A stretch of DNA of 64,000 bases from Eledone cirrhosa. Its lineage: Eukaryota. This document shows, piece by piece, positions 14,483 to 29,572 of this stretch. The position numbers and the translations under genes were made by a program. Under the pieces are notes generated by a model that was not told the DNA's origin, ran no database searches, and saw only the letters and a program-made list of their open reading frames with translations. The stretch's first letter is position 1; every line of letters begins with the position of its first letter. The DNA is taken from assembly GCA_964016885.1 (NCBI GenBank), contig OZ024742.1:68014001-68078000 (forward strand), in the 5' to 3' direction.

Positions 14483-14946
14483 ATGTATATATAATGTATT
14501 TTGCAATACACTTTATGCTTAATTAAAAGCATTTTGAAGACCGTAGGCTATTGTTTTAAAGTAGTGACAAATTCACTTACTTTGATCTCAGTAAACAGGG
14601 GAGATAAGCCTGCATAATCAGCTCCTGATTATTTACTAGATTTCTATAAGAATATAACATCAATGATCTATATATTATATATACATCCATATATATATTG
14701 CTATTTCAGAGCTCCAATTCTAATATATATATATGTATATGTATGTATATGTGTATGGATTTTTTTCTCACGCGACAGTTCCTTCGTTGCTACGGACCCC
14801 GGCTGTCTTCATTTTGCAAAGCCCTTTAAACTGTATGTTATTACTCTGAGGTGAGGTCCTATACCTTGTAGAGTGCTTGGCTGCACTGCTGAAAGAATTC
14901 GTCGGCTTAGCTGAGGCTCTGGCTTCGAATATGCTGTACTTCCATT

Positions 14947-14997
<51 letters not shown>

Positions 14998-16514
14998 GTC
15001 TGTGTGTATGTGTGTATGTGTGCGTGCATGCGTGCATCTGTCTGTCTGTTCTGAGTTGTAGCCTGCTGCGTGTATCAGTGATGATCCATTTTCTCGTGTT
15101 CCTTTTAACGACACTCTCATATCTTATAAAGGTGTACCACCGTAAAGGACTATTTGTTTTGGCAAAATTAGTATTCAGTAAAGCCCAAACAAGCAATACT
15201 CTGATTGTTCAATATCCTTTCCATCTGCGGCAGCTTGGCTTATTCTGTGTTCACAGTGTTCCCCACATTCTTTTACGTTTCTTTGTTTTTCTTTGTCCGT
15301 TTTTTTATTTTTATTTTTTATTTTTTTTTATTTTGCATTATCCATCTTTAGCTCTTTTCGGCATGCTGTTCATGGCTCCAATCTGTATATCACAGTGAAA
15401 AATAAATGTGGCACATTATACATTACAATTTACTTTTTAGTGATATGTGCTTTACATTCGTCAGATCTTCACATAACTCCTCATAAATCATAGAGCGGTT
15501 TATTTCGTCACTGGAATAGCTTCATTAACCATGAGAGGTAACGCTGTTTGACTTCACCAGTTGCTGCTCCTTTATAACAATACATTTGGACTGTGCCTCA
15601 TAACACATGCCAGGACTTGACTAATAAAGTATTACTATCTCCCGAAGTCACCTTATGTTTCATATAGCTTTATCACGATATTGTCAACCTACTGCATAAT
15701 GAATCTGAAAGTTTCCGACTTTAAAAAGTAGAGAGATCCGTTGATAGCTCCCATCATCTTTATATAACTTTTCTTTAATATAGGCACAATAGCTATCTTT
15801 TGCTAGTCCCGTGGATTATTCGTAGCCTCCATTAATTCTAGAATAATCAGTTGGTTAACATTAATGATTGTTTCTCTTCCATTCTTCGCACTTCTGCAAC
15901 AGCCTCTCCACTTGTAGCGTCTTTCTCTCTCAGTGTTCTCTGTCTGTAACGAAACATATCCCAACAAATGACTGTTCCAGTTGTATTATTTCTTAGTTTC
16001 TCCTAAATTTCCAGCTCAATGTATGTGAAAAATGTTTACATATTTTCCGTTTTTGCTGAAACATTGTTTATCCATCAGTTGACCTCAATTAATGGTCAAC
16101 CCCATTCCGTTATCTGTATATATTTCAGTTTAAAACAGTATTTTCCCATCACTCCAATTTCATGTGACGGGTGAACGTGTGACAAGGTCCTTCACTTCAA
16201 TTTCACGTGCAGATTAATCTTGGCTTCTCGAGATTTCGTAGTGGTTGATCGAGTAATTGATTCTGTGGACATTTCTGGAAAGATACGTCACGTCGTTCTA
16301 GCAGTGAAACAGTAATGGTATACATAATTACATGCAAATCAGTCTTGATGCCTATTTGTTAGTTTAACGGTAGCGCGGCCAAATCATGTGATACAGAGTA
16401 ATGCACAGCTTAAATACAAACTGCCCATATTTTCATTGTTGAGATTTTCATGTGTCCATTTCTATGATAATAAACATAATCAGTATCAACGTCATGATTC
16501 TCATGATATAGCTG

Positions 16515-16680
16515 ATATATTGGTAGAGTCGTTAGAGCACCAGACAAAATGTCATGCGGTGATTGTTCCGGGGTTTTATGTTCTGACTTCAAATCACGCC
16601 GTATTGAACATTGGTTTCATACTTTGATGGGTAGATAAAGTAAAGTACCAGCCATGTAATGAGATCGATGTAATCGACAT
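16515..16680 (+). mobile_element. Diverged tRNA-derived SINE
   Basis: TTCAAATCACGCCG...GATAAAGTAAAGTACCAG matches the SINE family. Confidence 0.5.
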
Positions 16681-17201
16681 ATAAATTCTCGAAAATATGA
16701 ACAATTATATTTCATATTATAATTAGTTTCCTCATTATCTCGCACCATTAACAATATAAATATAAATAATTAGACACAACTAAATATGAATATTAAGCGC
16801 TTAATTTTGATTATTATTGTTTTTCTATGTCTTTATGACATACAAGCCAACATTTATATTTATGGCACAAACAGCTAAATTCTAAGCAAAAGAACAGACT
16901 CTATTCATCATGTAACAATGAATATATTTTGGCAGCTTTGAAAGATAATGAAGAATTTTTGGATTTTCTCATATAGTCAAGTATTTTTTAATATAATTCT
17001 TATTTTCTTTTTTGGTTGGCGGTCTGCGATTTTGCTTTATATTTCTCTATGAATTTGTCTTTAATAATATTAATTTGATCTTTTCCTGGCAGTTCAGTCT
17101 TTTGTCTACAGTAATATAATAAATTTTTAGAAGTAGTTACACAACGATAGTGTCTTCTGGCCATTGTTCATATTAAATTGTGAGTATGTATATGCACATC
17201 A

Positions 17202-17258
<57 letters not shown>

Positions 17259-17304
17259 TGTGTGTGTGTGTGAGTGAGTGTGTGTGTATGTGTATGTATG
17301 TATC

Positions 17305-17353
<49 letters not shown>

Positions 17354-17386
17354 CATATATGTAGGTGGGTGGATGTTCATATATTC

Positions 17387-17440
<54 letters not shown>

Positions 17441-17580
17441 ATATATATACGTGTATGTATGTATGTATGTATGTATGTATGTATGTATGTATGTATGTAT
17501 TCGTGTGCTCTGTATGCGTAATTATTTATTTGTGTGTAGATATAAGGCGTTTATATATCTTCATCTGCATATATATTGTT

Positions 17581-17636
<56 letters not shown>

Positions 17637-18684
17637 TACATATGTGTGTGTCTGTTTGTGTTTGTATTTGTGTGTGTGTGTGTCTGTGTATGTGTGTGTG
17701 TATGTATGTGTGTGTAGATGTGTGTGTGTGTTTAGATGTGTGTGTGTGTGTGTGTGTAGATGTGTGTGTAGATGTGTGTGTGTGTGTGTGTTTAGATGTG
17801 TGTGTGTGTGTAGATGTGTGTGTAGGTTTGTGTGTGTGTGTGTGTTTGTGTAGGTGTTTACTTATATGCTGAGAGAGGGAGAGAGGGAATTGTGCTTAAT
17901 TCTGCTGTGTCAAACGATACTGAAAAGATAACGTTAAGTAAACATTTTGTCGGTAAATTCCAGAAATAACTGATTATTTTGTATTATTTAGGCGATATAC
18001 TAAAATGTTAAACTTACCAAATAGAGAGATAGTCTCACAGACGCAAAGCTATCACCAAGGGAGAGATAAGAGAAATAAAACATGTATTTTCTAATTCAGA
18101 CGAAAGATTGGTTGATGTATGTTTATTTTTAAAGTAAGAAATGTGTTAAATTCAGAACAATTTATTTTAGTTTACTTATAACATTGTGAATATGAGTGGT
18201 TTAGTGGTAAATATTTTCAGCTTGCTTCCTACGGCCATGATTTAGAATGCCAGACATGCATTTTGTAGTTCAAGACATTATATTTCACGTTACCTGAAAT
18301 TCAAGGAACTAGTCTAGTGATATATTGCGACACGCTGAATCGCTCTGAGAGCTGTATTGTGGGTACACCTGACTGTTGAATACTCACTCCTTTCCACGTT
18401 GATTTCTTGACCAGATTGTTCAGCGATTGAAAAATTGGAACATCCGTCGTCGGAACCGACGAAAAAACAACACACATGAGATTGCTAAAATATATATCTA
18501 CGAAAATGTTGCTATGTAAAGACATTTCAGTTTCTATTTTTGTACCTGATGTGTGCATGAAATTAGAGTGAAAATAATAATAGTTTGCAAATAATAAGTG
18601 TGTAGGAAGATTTCACATGTTTTAAATCTGAAAATAAATTTTTAATAAAAATGTATTGATCTATTATATCTAATCTGTTGTATA

Positions 18685-19165
18685 TCTTAACTATACTAAA
18701 GTAAGGAGTGCGGGACTGCATCCAGAATATGTATTTTTTTATCCCATTTGTAAAATAAGTTGGATTACTTTGACTAAATAATGAATGAATATTACATAAT
18801 TTATCTACTAAATTTCGTTATTTTTTTTATTAAATATGAATAATTTTGCGGCTTATTTTAAGATTCACTTCTTTAAAATTTTCAAATGTCAACGCTTCCA
18901 GTTAGCGATCGCTTAAATAAACATTCATATATTTCCGTCACTAATGCAGTTTATATATAATATCGTCTTTTTTTAATGTATCATGTATTACGTTACTGAT
19001 TACACAAGAGAGTGTAACACAGTCTTCGTTCAATTTCTGTGTATATTGTCAATTACGATTTTATTTGATGTATCATATCTACATATGTATATACTTGCGT
19101 AAAATATCAATATATACACTACACATGCTTACAGAAAACCACCCGAAGGGTGGTTTTTCTGCTGG
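18685..19165 (+). mobile_element. Non-autonomous Helitron-like element
   Basis: Starts with TC and ends with hairpin AAAACCACC-CGAAG-GGTGGTTTT plus CTGG|T. A paralog is at 36349-36833. Confidence 0.7.
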
Positions 19166-19270
19166 TATATATAAGGCAGCCAAGTATTAAAGTTGTTACA
19201 ATGCCGGAGAGAATGTTTGTGGTATTCATTGAGAGTCTGATTTCATATCCCGCTGAGTTTTTCGAATATT

Positions 19271-19450
19271 AATAATTGTTTCTACTTTTGGCACAAGGCC
19301 AGCAATTATCTCAGTGCATTACTGGTATCGACGCCGTAAGGATGAAAGGCAAAGTTAACCTCGGCAAGATTTGAATTCAGACCGTAAGGGACCGTAACTC
19401 TATGCTGCAAAGCATGGTCCGACCCTCTACCGTTACTACCAATCCACCGC
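19271..19450 (-). mobile_element. tRNA-derived SINE
   Basis: Near full-length reverse complement of 4115-4303. Confidence 0.8.
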
Positions 19451-19952
19451 TAAAAATGTTCAATTCGTTAGCAATTATGCAAACAGCGTCTTTTTGAGCC
19501 ATGTCTGTAGAATTTCCCCGTCATTCTTGCTCTTTTATTGGCATGTAAACAGAACTTCAAACATTACCCGTCATCAGTACAGTATACTGCTTACCTGACA
19601 ACTGCCAAAATTAATGAAAATATATAATATTTTCTGAAATATACAGTGACTGATCGGACTGATCTGCATATTAGCAGACTACCTGATCCGCCCAGATTTG
19701 CATATCAGCAAATAGGCCAGTCAGTCTCATGTATACGAGCGATTAATGACCGACTTTGCCATATTCAAATAACTAACAAATAATGTATCGCTCTATATGG
19801 CTGAATACAATACATGTAATCAATAAACGGAATGAAGGCTTATCAAATTGTCCTTGTCTTATTATATTAGACTCTGTTTAGCCCTGGAGAGAAACGATTG
19901 TAATATGTCTAATACATTTTATTCGTCGCACCACTGATTCTCCGTTTCTTTT

Positions 19953-20001
<49 letters not shown>

Positions 20002-20007
20002 GGGGGG

Positions 20008-20070
<63 letters not shown>

Positions 20071-20072
<2 letters not shown>

Positions 20073-20300
20073 CGCATAGCTTAGTGGTTATAGCGTCGAG
20101 CTTGCAATTGGGAAGTTCTGAGTTTGATTCCCTGACCGGGTTGTGTGTTGTGTGTCGTGTTCTATTTACAGTTTACTCAGCTGTAGAGATGGTTTGTGTC
20201 ATCACTGGTGCCAATCTGTATTCCGTTGGTATAGGTAACATGTATGGGTGACTGCTTGAACTTGTGCCTCGGAGGGCAATATTCTAAGTGCAAAACCCAC
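20071..20300 (+). mobile_element. tRNA-derived SINE, second family
   Basis: GGGCGCATAGCTTAGTGGTTATAGCGTC (A box) ... GAGTTTGATTCCC (B box), followed by a non-tRNA body. Confidence 0.65.
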
Positions 20301-20310
20301 ACTCTCTATG

Positions 20311-20343
<33 letters not shown>

Positions 20344-20350
20344 TATATGT

Positions 20351-20483
<133 letters not shown>

Positions 20484-20489
20484 TGTTAA

Positions 20490-21355
20490 TGTAAAAGGTA
20501 AGCAGAAATTACAACACAAACGGTGCATATGGAAGGTATATATTAGGTTAACGATTCATATAGCAGGAAGAGGGTCTTAACGTTTCGGACGCTAGTCCTT
20601 CATCAGAAGAAAGAATGAGAAATAAGATAGATTGAAAGGACGGGCGGGATGGAATTGGAAAAAATGTCTTTAAATAAAAATAACATGTCCATTCAAGAAA
20701 ACTGTTGGTGTTGTTGTTTTTTGTATGATTTATTTTTTAGAAAAGTGGATGGTGGACCGCATCTACATGAAATGGAGAATAACGTTTTGTAAAAAGAGGT
20801 ATTCTTGAGCACGTGCATAAGCATGTGTTTGTGTGTGTGTGTTATTATACGTCCGTACGAAGCTATGAAGAAATGTGTGTGTATATGTGAGTAAAAGAGT
20901 GTGTGTGCATGTAAGTACGGAGCTATGAGCAAAAGTATGTTAATATAAGGGTGTGTGTGTGTGTATACAGAGCAGTGAAGGGAAATGTGGAGTGAGCATA
21001 TATAGTCGGCATGTATTAGTTGTAAGAGAAGCTGTTAATGATCAAGAGAAAGTGATAGGAATCTAGGGGTGTGATAATGGACGGGGTATTAGAGAAATCG
21101 GGGAGGTGAGTTGAATTCAAGAGGGGAATAGGACCCAAGGCGGTGAATCAGACTATGTTCAGTCCTGGTGCGCCAGGCTTGTGATCCATGATGTAAAAGG
21201 ACACCCAGAACTGAAACATGTAGGGAAAAATGACCAGGAGAACAGAAATGACGGACGACAGGAGTATCCAAACCGAGTCGTATGTCCCTTAAATGTTCGG
21301 CAAAACGGTCCGTCATACGGCGTCTCGTTTGTCCGATATATAAAGACCCGCATAC

Positions 21356-21356
<1 letters not shown>
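20490..21356 (-). mobile_element. 5'-truncated Penelope/Poseidon- or Neptune-type PLE (GIY-YIG C-terminus, 3' UTR, HHR)
   Basis: The minus strand reads CGSLYIGQTRRRMTDRFAEHLRDI..PVVRHF..H..EHSLIHRLGSYSPLEFN. HHR at 20574-20610; microsatellites on both sides. Confidence 0.85.
20574..20610 (-). ncRNA. Minimal PLE-type hammerhead ribozyme
   Basis: TCTT-CTGATGA-A-GGAC-TAGC-GTCC-GAAA-CG-TT^AAGA. Confidence 0.85.
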
Positions 21357-21399
<43 letters not shown>

Positions 21400-21416
21400 A
21401 GAAAGAGATGGGGGGG

Positions 21417-21494
<78 letters not shown>

Positions 21495-23119
21495 ATAGTA
21501 GTAATCGGTTTTCGTTGGGTGAAATCGAAGACTGTGTCACCATGCTTATGTTTAATAATAATTTTATAATTTAATCCAGGTGGGATCTAGACATCTACGA
21601 TATTAAATTGTCAATTAGAAAATAATTTTATTTTAATATGTTTAAGTTGTGAAACTTGCTTATCCAATTCTGAGGCCTACTTTTTTCTAACGTTAACACT
21701 GACTTTTCGTAAGATATTTTTATTATATTTTTCTATGGAGTGGGAAAGAGTTTATTAAACTCTTCAAAGAAAGATAAGCTTCTCATTTAGCTAAATAGTC
21801 AATCTTCTTAAATGTATTTTCTTCGGTTATACTTCTAACCTTCTTACTGATTCAGTAGTAAGTTTGTTCATTAGTCTTTCATTATTATTAGTTATGTTAT
21901 TGAGGAATAGCTGATTTATCAAAGAAACCCATTTAATAATAGAGAGAAATTAATTTTCTATCAGTGTTAAGCTTATTTTGAAAAGGATTAGAGTATTAGG
22001 TCATCTTTGGCGGTTAGTGGCTCTTTAAATATCTGTGAGCATTTGATGCCATTGCATTCCGTAACTCATGCCATACAGCTTGAAAATGGTCTGTTTTCAG
22101 TATGGGTCACTTCCATTCACACCGATTTCAGCAGGGACATCAGTGTCCTCACTCATTCCTTCAAGGCATACAGGTCTCATCGCTATATATTTAATGGCCC
22201 TCAAACGGTTAGCTGCGGAATGCATGGATTTTGAATAACTTAACGTTCGGCAGTATGGACGGTGTGATGTTTGATGACATCCTTAACGGATAAAGGCTGC
22301 AGCAATTGTAGAGACCCCTGGAAAATGAAAAGCATAGTCTCTTAGTGTATGACATGGTTTCCAACAGCTCAGGTCTTTGACTGGGGCAGTAATCCTGTAT
22401 CAATTGCACCTAGTAAATAGGCATCTGGCTCTTGCAATGTTGTCACTCGTTCAACGTTTATTCTGTGGCAATTTAAGGTGGGTGTTGGATCTTTCAGTTT
22501 ACGTTTGTATACAATTTTCGAGATGGGCAAGCGTCACAAGGTTGGCAGATAATCTGCTTTTCGACGAGAGGAATCTCAGCCCATGGATTGTGGACAACTG
22601 GCCTGGCAAAAATCTCTCTCCTGGTAGTGCTAGCGTGTGGTGTTACCGTTTTGCGTACACTCTATCAGACTTGTCCTTTATATGTGCAGTGTGATTGAAC
22701 CACTCTACATAGGCTCCGTCATTGTCCCAGCATTGATAAACTTGTGTTTGTCCATGAGGAGCAGTTACATTTCTTCTGTTTCGTGTCAATTAAGAAATAG
22801 TTTTTTTGTTAGCCGCGAAGAAAATGTCCCTAGACTGATCTTTTCTTCTTCACCAAACACTATTTGATGCATAATATTCTTTTAATTATAGCGAGTGAAT
22901 ATGTTTATTCTCATCCAGCTGTAGCTCGGGGAATGTTTGGATATAACATTTACACTTGGGATCTGTGGCGTTCCATATTTGGTTCTAGAGAGACATTTAT
23001 CTTGTTGATATTATATAATAATCATGTTTACTCAAAGTATATCTCCGGTCTTTCGTATTTCATCCTTGTAACTTCCCCTAAAGCCTTGGGACCCTATGAT
23101 ATGTTTAATAAAAGAAAAT

Positions 23120-23650
23120 GTTATTATTATTATTATTTTGGAGTCTCAGGCATTGATGTTATATAACTGGAAAGTTTGTTCAAATGAACATGAAGCCGCT
23201 GCCGGTGGCCTCAGACATTCAGGTTGTATCGGAGAGATCTTGCTGTTTCCAACAAGCAAGCCTTTTGAAGTGTTCCAGAAGGGGCTTGGACTAATGTCCT
23301 TTAACCATCCTTGAAAATTCTTCGGGATACTATCTAGTTCTCCTATGACAATCTAATCAACCTTTTTGTCCCAAATGCCTTTTAATTTCCACTTTAAATC
23401 CAGATATCGGTTAATTTTCTTCTCTTTTTCTTGTACTCTTGTGTCAAAGGGGCAAGCTACAACTACAATCACGCACGATCTTTTTCTTCTTGTCAAAAAT
23501 CACCAGGTCAGGCCTATTGTATTCCGATTTCTTGTCTGTATGTATCCTGAAATCCCATAGCACCTTCACTCGATCGTTTTCTGTCACCGTCTCTGGCTTA
23601 TGCTCATACCACTTCTCAGAATGTGGTAACTTATTTAGTAAGTCACCTTT
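23120..23650 (-). pseudogene. 3' fragment of a restriction-like-endonuclease non-LTR element (R4/Dong-like) with (TAA)n tail
   Basis: The minus strand encodes NRPDLVIFDK and IVIGEL, typical RLE-domain motifs; (TAA)n at 23121-23137. Confidence 0.6.
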
Positions 23651-23719
23651 CCTATTATATCGTGCCTCTACAGTGAATCTGGGCTAGGTTTTTACACTCG
23701 GAATCGATGTAAGCCGCAG

Positions 23720-23798
<79 letters not shown>

Positions 23799-23800
23799 AC

Positions 23801-23852
<52 letters not shown>

Positions 23853-24471
23853 TCTCAATCTCTCTCTCTTTCTCTCTCTTCACAGATCCTAAAGAGTGGG
23901 CGAGCCTCCTCCTTGTCAATATGGTGTTTCACCCACTTTGTTCTGAAAGCTTGCTTCTGTGCAGCCAGTAGCATTCCCTCTGTATATTTTAAAGGTCTCC
24001 CTTTTTTTAACCAGCTCCATGACTGTGGATCCCTAAATTCCGGGGGGGGTTTAAAGAAGTGCTATGAAAGATTTTTTCATGAAGGTTGATCTTCCTCTTT
24101 GTTTTTACTTCCTCCTTGGACATTCCCTGATCTATTATCTTCACCTTCAGTACAACTTTGAGCATCGGCTCCATACTCTCAGACACATATTTGTGTAGAA
24201 AGCTCTTCTCCATCTGAACACAGTCATCTAGATGATAGGACCTCTTCCGACTTCAGATCTCTTTATACGTATTTAGAGAGGGATAGAAAGATAGATATAA
24301 ATATATCTAAGGGACAGAACGTATGTATATCTATGTAGAAATATTATATATACAGATATCATATACGTGAGTGTGTGGTTGGGTGTATGTATATTTACGT
24401 ATTCTTGTAAGTAGTTTTGTATGTATGTAAGTGTGTATGTAAGTGTGTATGTATGTATGTATGTATGTATG

Positions 24472-24502
<31 letters not shown>

Positions 24503-24831
24503 GGATGTAAATAAACAACAAGCTATTGCAATTACGTATTACGTTTTATTGGCGGTGAAACAGCAGAGCCAGAAGCTAGATGCGTATTTTAATGAAATAT
24601 AATTTCCAAGTAAACATCTACCGGTTTTCATTAAATAATTAGGAGGCTGTTTGTCCTTTGAAGTTTTGACAATTTCATTTTGAACTAATTCCACTTTTAT
24701 TAAGGAATTTAACAAATTACGGATGTAATTGAAAAATTTAATTGAATTTACTAATTGATTAGGTCAACTCCCGATTTATCTCCAGAGCATCTCTACAAAT
24801 GCCCGTATTTGCATATATATTTAAGTAATGG

Positions 24832-24882
<51 letters not shown>

Positions 24883-24898
24883 CATACACTATACACAC

Positions 24899-25029
<131 letters not shown>

Positions 25030-25329
25030 CGTGTGTGTGTGTGTGTGTGTGTATGTGTGTGTACGTACGTATGTATGTATGTATGTATGTATATATGGGT
25101 GCAAATGTAATGACTACATGAACATTTTGGCTATTATTTTGATACAGTAGAAATGGAAATGGGGTTTCGAGCTCTTCTTCAAATTGATAGACCGAGAATA
25201 TAGAACCTAAAAAATAGGTAAGAAAACACAGAGGGACATGCATAACATAAATTATATTCTGTTGAACTATATATGTGTATGTGTATATGTGTGTACGTGG
25301 GTGATTTAATTTGTTTTCAATTCTTCTGT

Positions 25330-25895
25330 GGCTATGATGGTGAACTACCTGAAAGTATTAATCATATAGTCCCGAGATGGCGAGAGTTGGGAAGATGATA
25401 GTGGACTAAGAGGGCTGTGATATGGTCGGTTTCACGTGCCGGATGAGTGCAGCGTTGATCAGGGTGAGGGTCATCCTCGCTGGATGATGAGGAAGGTCAT
25501 GTGTTGGGGCTGGGTCTCGAATCATTTTCCTTGCTACAGAGCCAACGAAGAGGGCGGATTTGGGAGTAGACTATGGAGGGTTTGTGTGGGTGGGAAGGAA
25601 GGAGGTGAAGTTGAGTCAAGAATGAGAATCAGTGTGCTTATAGAAGATGGAGGTAGATAATGTGTGGTGAATGTGGTCAATAGAGAGCGATGTGGAGAAA
25701 TCGGTCTGAAGAGTTGGTGAGAGTGTTGGTGAAGGTGAGGACAAGATGAAGAGTATGGACAAAAGAAAGAAAGGGGTGGATCAGTTTACGAGAGACGGGG
25801 TGGTACTGATACAATCGTCGATGTAACGACCGTATAGCTCAGAGGTGGTACTTGCGTACTGGATGAAGACCAATGCTTCAACATAGCAACGGATA
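25330..25895 (-). pseudogene. Decayed PLE reverse transcriptase fragment
   Basis: The minus strand at ~25800-25845 encodes ELYGRYIDDCISTT (PLE RT motif C); upstream LFVGSV-like motif. Confidence 0.65.
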
Positions 25896-26149
25896 GTTAG
25901 GACTCTTGTACTTCCAATTTTATGTTCAGAATGTTATAGATATAGATATGTGCGCGTATCTGTATGTGTGAGGTTGTATGCATATGTGTTTGTTTTGTTT
26001 CTATGTAGATGTAAGTGTATGTGAGTTTGCGTGTATGTGTATGTATATACTTAGAATCACGTCAGAGAGTATGTGGCTATAATATTTATATATAAAGCAA
26101 TTACTTATTTCAACAGATCCTCAATATATATGACAACGCCCCACCCTCT

Positions 26150-26460
26150 CTTTATTGACGAGGACGCGGCACGAGGTTACCGACAAAACATATGCCGGCA
26201 AAGCTAGTGAGATCGGGGACCGAAGGCCAAGGCCGCCATACTTGACAGGTAAAGGGGCTTGTTGCCACCCTATGTCGTCAAACTTGACGTTGCATATCCC
26301 CTCGGCTGCTGCTCGGATACAAGTATCGAGGTCAGCGAGGAGAGATGTCTGGGTGTAGCATGGAGCGCCGCGGAGTGTATAGAGGAGCTTCGGCATGGCG
26401 AAGCAGTTCCTCAGCAGAAAGAGAGCTGGGTGGGCGTCAATCAAGCCCAGTCGACTCCCT
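26150..26460 (-). pseudogene. CRE-like non-LTR retrotransposon fragment
   Basis: ALFLLRNCFAMPKLLYTLR...LPVKYGGLGLRSPISLALPAY is characteristic of the CRE-clade post-RT region. Confidence 0.65.
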
Positions 26461-26494
26461 ATCTATAAAATTGAAAGTAAAAATCCCAAGATAT

Positions 26495-27030
26495 CTTCTT
26501 CTTCTTCTTCTTCTTCTTTGCCCACTCATTTCGGAGAGGGTCGCGGGGGCAGATTCCTTAAACAATCTTTCCTACTGGTGTAGTCAGAAGCAACCGTCTC
26601 CAACTGATTCGGTTGGATTCCCAAGCGTGACCAGACAAGCTCTTCCTCTGGATCTACTTCTGGGTTTCCTGCCGGTTGGTGTTGTCCGTAAAATCTGTCC
26701 AATGATTCTTTCCTAAGCACATGCTCATGTTATCGAAGCTGCGATCGGATAAGTAGCGGCTCTACCCGGAGTAGTTTTCTGATCTCCGAGCTACGCACTT
26801 TATTTGGGCCTCTTGTATTAGCCATTGTATTCTTTCGGTCATGACCATAGATAAGGATTGGCACGAATACCAAATTGAAGATTTAGGCTTTCACACCCAC
26901 CTCCCTTCTGATTACTGAATGCTGAAGCTGACATATTACTGTACCAGCTTCTGCAATTAATTCATTTAATTCTGTCTCCTGCCTCCCATCGTTCATGAAC
27001 ACGGCCCCGAGATACTTGAATTTCTCTACA
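26495..27030 (-). mobile_element. RTE-like LINE 3' fragment with (AAG)n tail
   Basis: Homologous to 9732-10075; FKYLG-like motif near 27005-27030. Confidence 0.55.
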
Positions 27031-27636
27031 TTCTTCCATTTACGTGCAAAGTGCACTGCGCAAGCTTCCTTGAGAGAAAAAGTGTCTCAGATTCACATCA
27101 CTGATTTTTATATATATACAGTGGCAGACTGGCTAGGTTATCAGCTTGCCAGATCATCAGCTTGTCTGGTGGCAAATGGGCCCCATGGGGGCCCACAGTA
27201 GCACTCTAGGGGCCAATTTAATGGTTTAAAAAATGTGTGGCCGAGCATAAATCCTGGTCGAGATTGAAACCTGAATCAAGGTTTTGACCATTTGGAAACA
27301 TGTCTTACCACTCACCCACAAAGATTGCCTTGAAAGTGCACTAAAAATTAAACTATATGAAAAGTGTTCTTATATAGAAGAATTTTTTCCAGCCTTTCAC
27401 AAAACACACTTTTCATATAGATTTTTTTTCGATTCTTTCAAAATGAAACTTTTAATATAGATTTTTTTCGACATTTCACAAAACATACTTTTCATACAGA
27501 TTTTTTTTTCGACACTTAAAAACACTTTTCATTGGCGCCGATGAGCTATGCACCGCTCGCCTCGCCAGTCCTAGGCCCTGCGTTTCTGGTCATTGCTTCC
27601 ATTGTCTGTAGCAGTCATCATCATCATCATCATGTA

Positions 27637-27689
<53 letters not shown>

Positions 27690-27723
27690 TCGCACACACA
27701 TACACATATATATATGTGTATAC

Positions 27724-28171
<448 letters not shown>

Positions 28172-28425
28172 CGGCGATGAATTAGTTTTGCGAGGTTGCA
28201 GATGTGCAACGAAAGATTTATGATAAACTATATATATGTATTTGTGTCTATATTGTATCTGTATTATTTTTGACCGTTGGTCAGTCAATGGCAACATTGA
28301 GGACCGAGTAAATTAGGTTACCGATATAAAAGACACAGAAGCAAAAAGCGAAAACCAACCAAACAGTGAGTGTGTTCTGTTATTAATTCTGGCAATATTA
28401 CACAAATATGACCCTCCCCAAGTAT

Positions 28426-28510
<85 letters not shown>

Positions 28511-28827
28511 GATATATATAGATACATATATATATACATAAAAATATATATATATATATATGTCGAGTGTGCAAACCGAAGGTCATTACCGGTATTTGGT
28601 TGATGTGTATATTTCACAACATCTTTTTTTATTAGAAAAGCTAAAAAAGATTTCATATATTCTATAACCCGTATTTTTGTTTTACAGTTTTACAGTCAAT
28701 TGTATACACAGAAATAGGATTTTTTTCAAATTATATTTATTCGATATAAAAATTAAGTGATAGTATTGTGGTTTTCGTTGGGCTCCTTTGTCTCTTCCTG
28801 GCAATCAATACTTTTAGAACCAGTCCA

Positions 28828-28915
<88 letters not shown>

Positions 28916-29329
28916 AATATATATACTTTATGTCATCTCTAATTATTTTATTATATATATTTCGAAGATGTAACATTTTATGTATAACATAAGCAAAACA
29001 TGTCCTCCTCAGATAGAATACATAGAAGATGTATAATCGTTTCATATGCTGGTAGAGAAAGGAGCATATATATATATATGTGTGGGGGGGGGGGTATACT
29101 GCTTTCTGCAATGTCCGTATAAGAAATTTCACTTGCAAGTCGTTACTTGCTCATTGAGCGTAAAGTCGACACCAGGTGTTTACGAAATGATCGCCTAAAC
29201 CACCTTACCCTGAGTGAGATAATAAAGAGAAAAAAGGATAACATGTGGTTATCTCCACTTACACGCACACACATAAATACATATTAAATATATACATGAT
29301 AATCTAAAATGAAAATGTGTAATGGTACA

Positions 29330-29474
29330 AAAATATTCTGATACTCAGAGTTTTCATTATTGTTAAATATTTTTCAGAAATTTAATCATCCTTTTCCCGA
29401 TAATTTCACCGAAAGTTTTCTTCAAAATTTAAATAAAGTTTTCTAACATTTTATTACCCCCACCGCCCTCGCTT

Positions 29475-29572
<98 letters not shown>

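Noticed and set aside
20071-20145. Genuine tRNA gene (also 4115, 44156, 63876)
   Set aside because: A and B boxes are present, but there is no closed cloverleaf and each continues into a repeated SINE body.
22000-22860. Possible L1/Tx1 remnant on the minus strand
   Set aside because: Only vague Cys/His-spaced similarity, too decayed to support without an HMM search.
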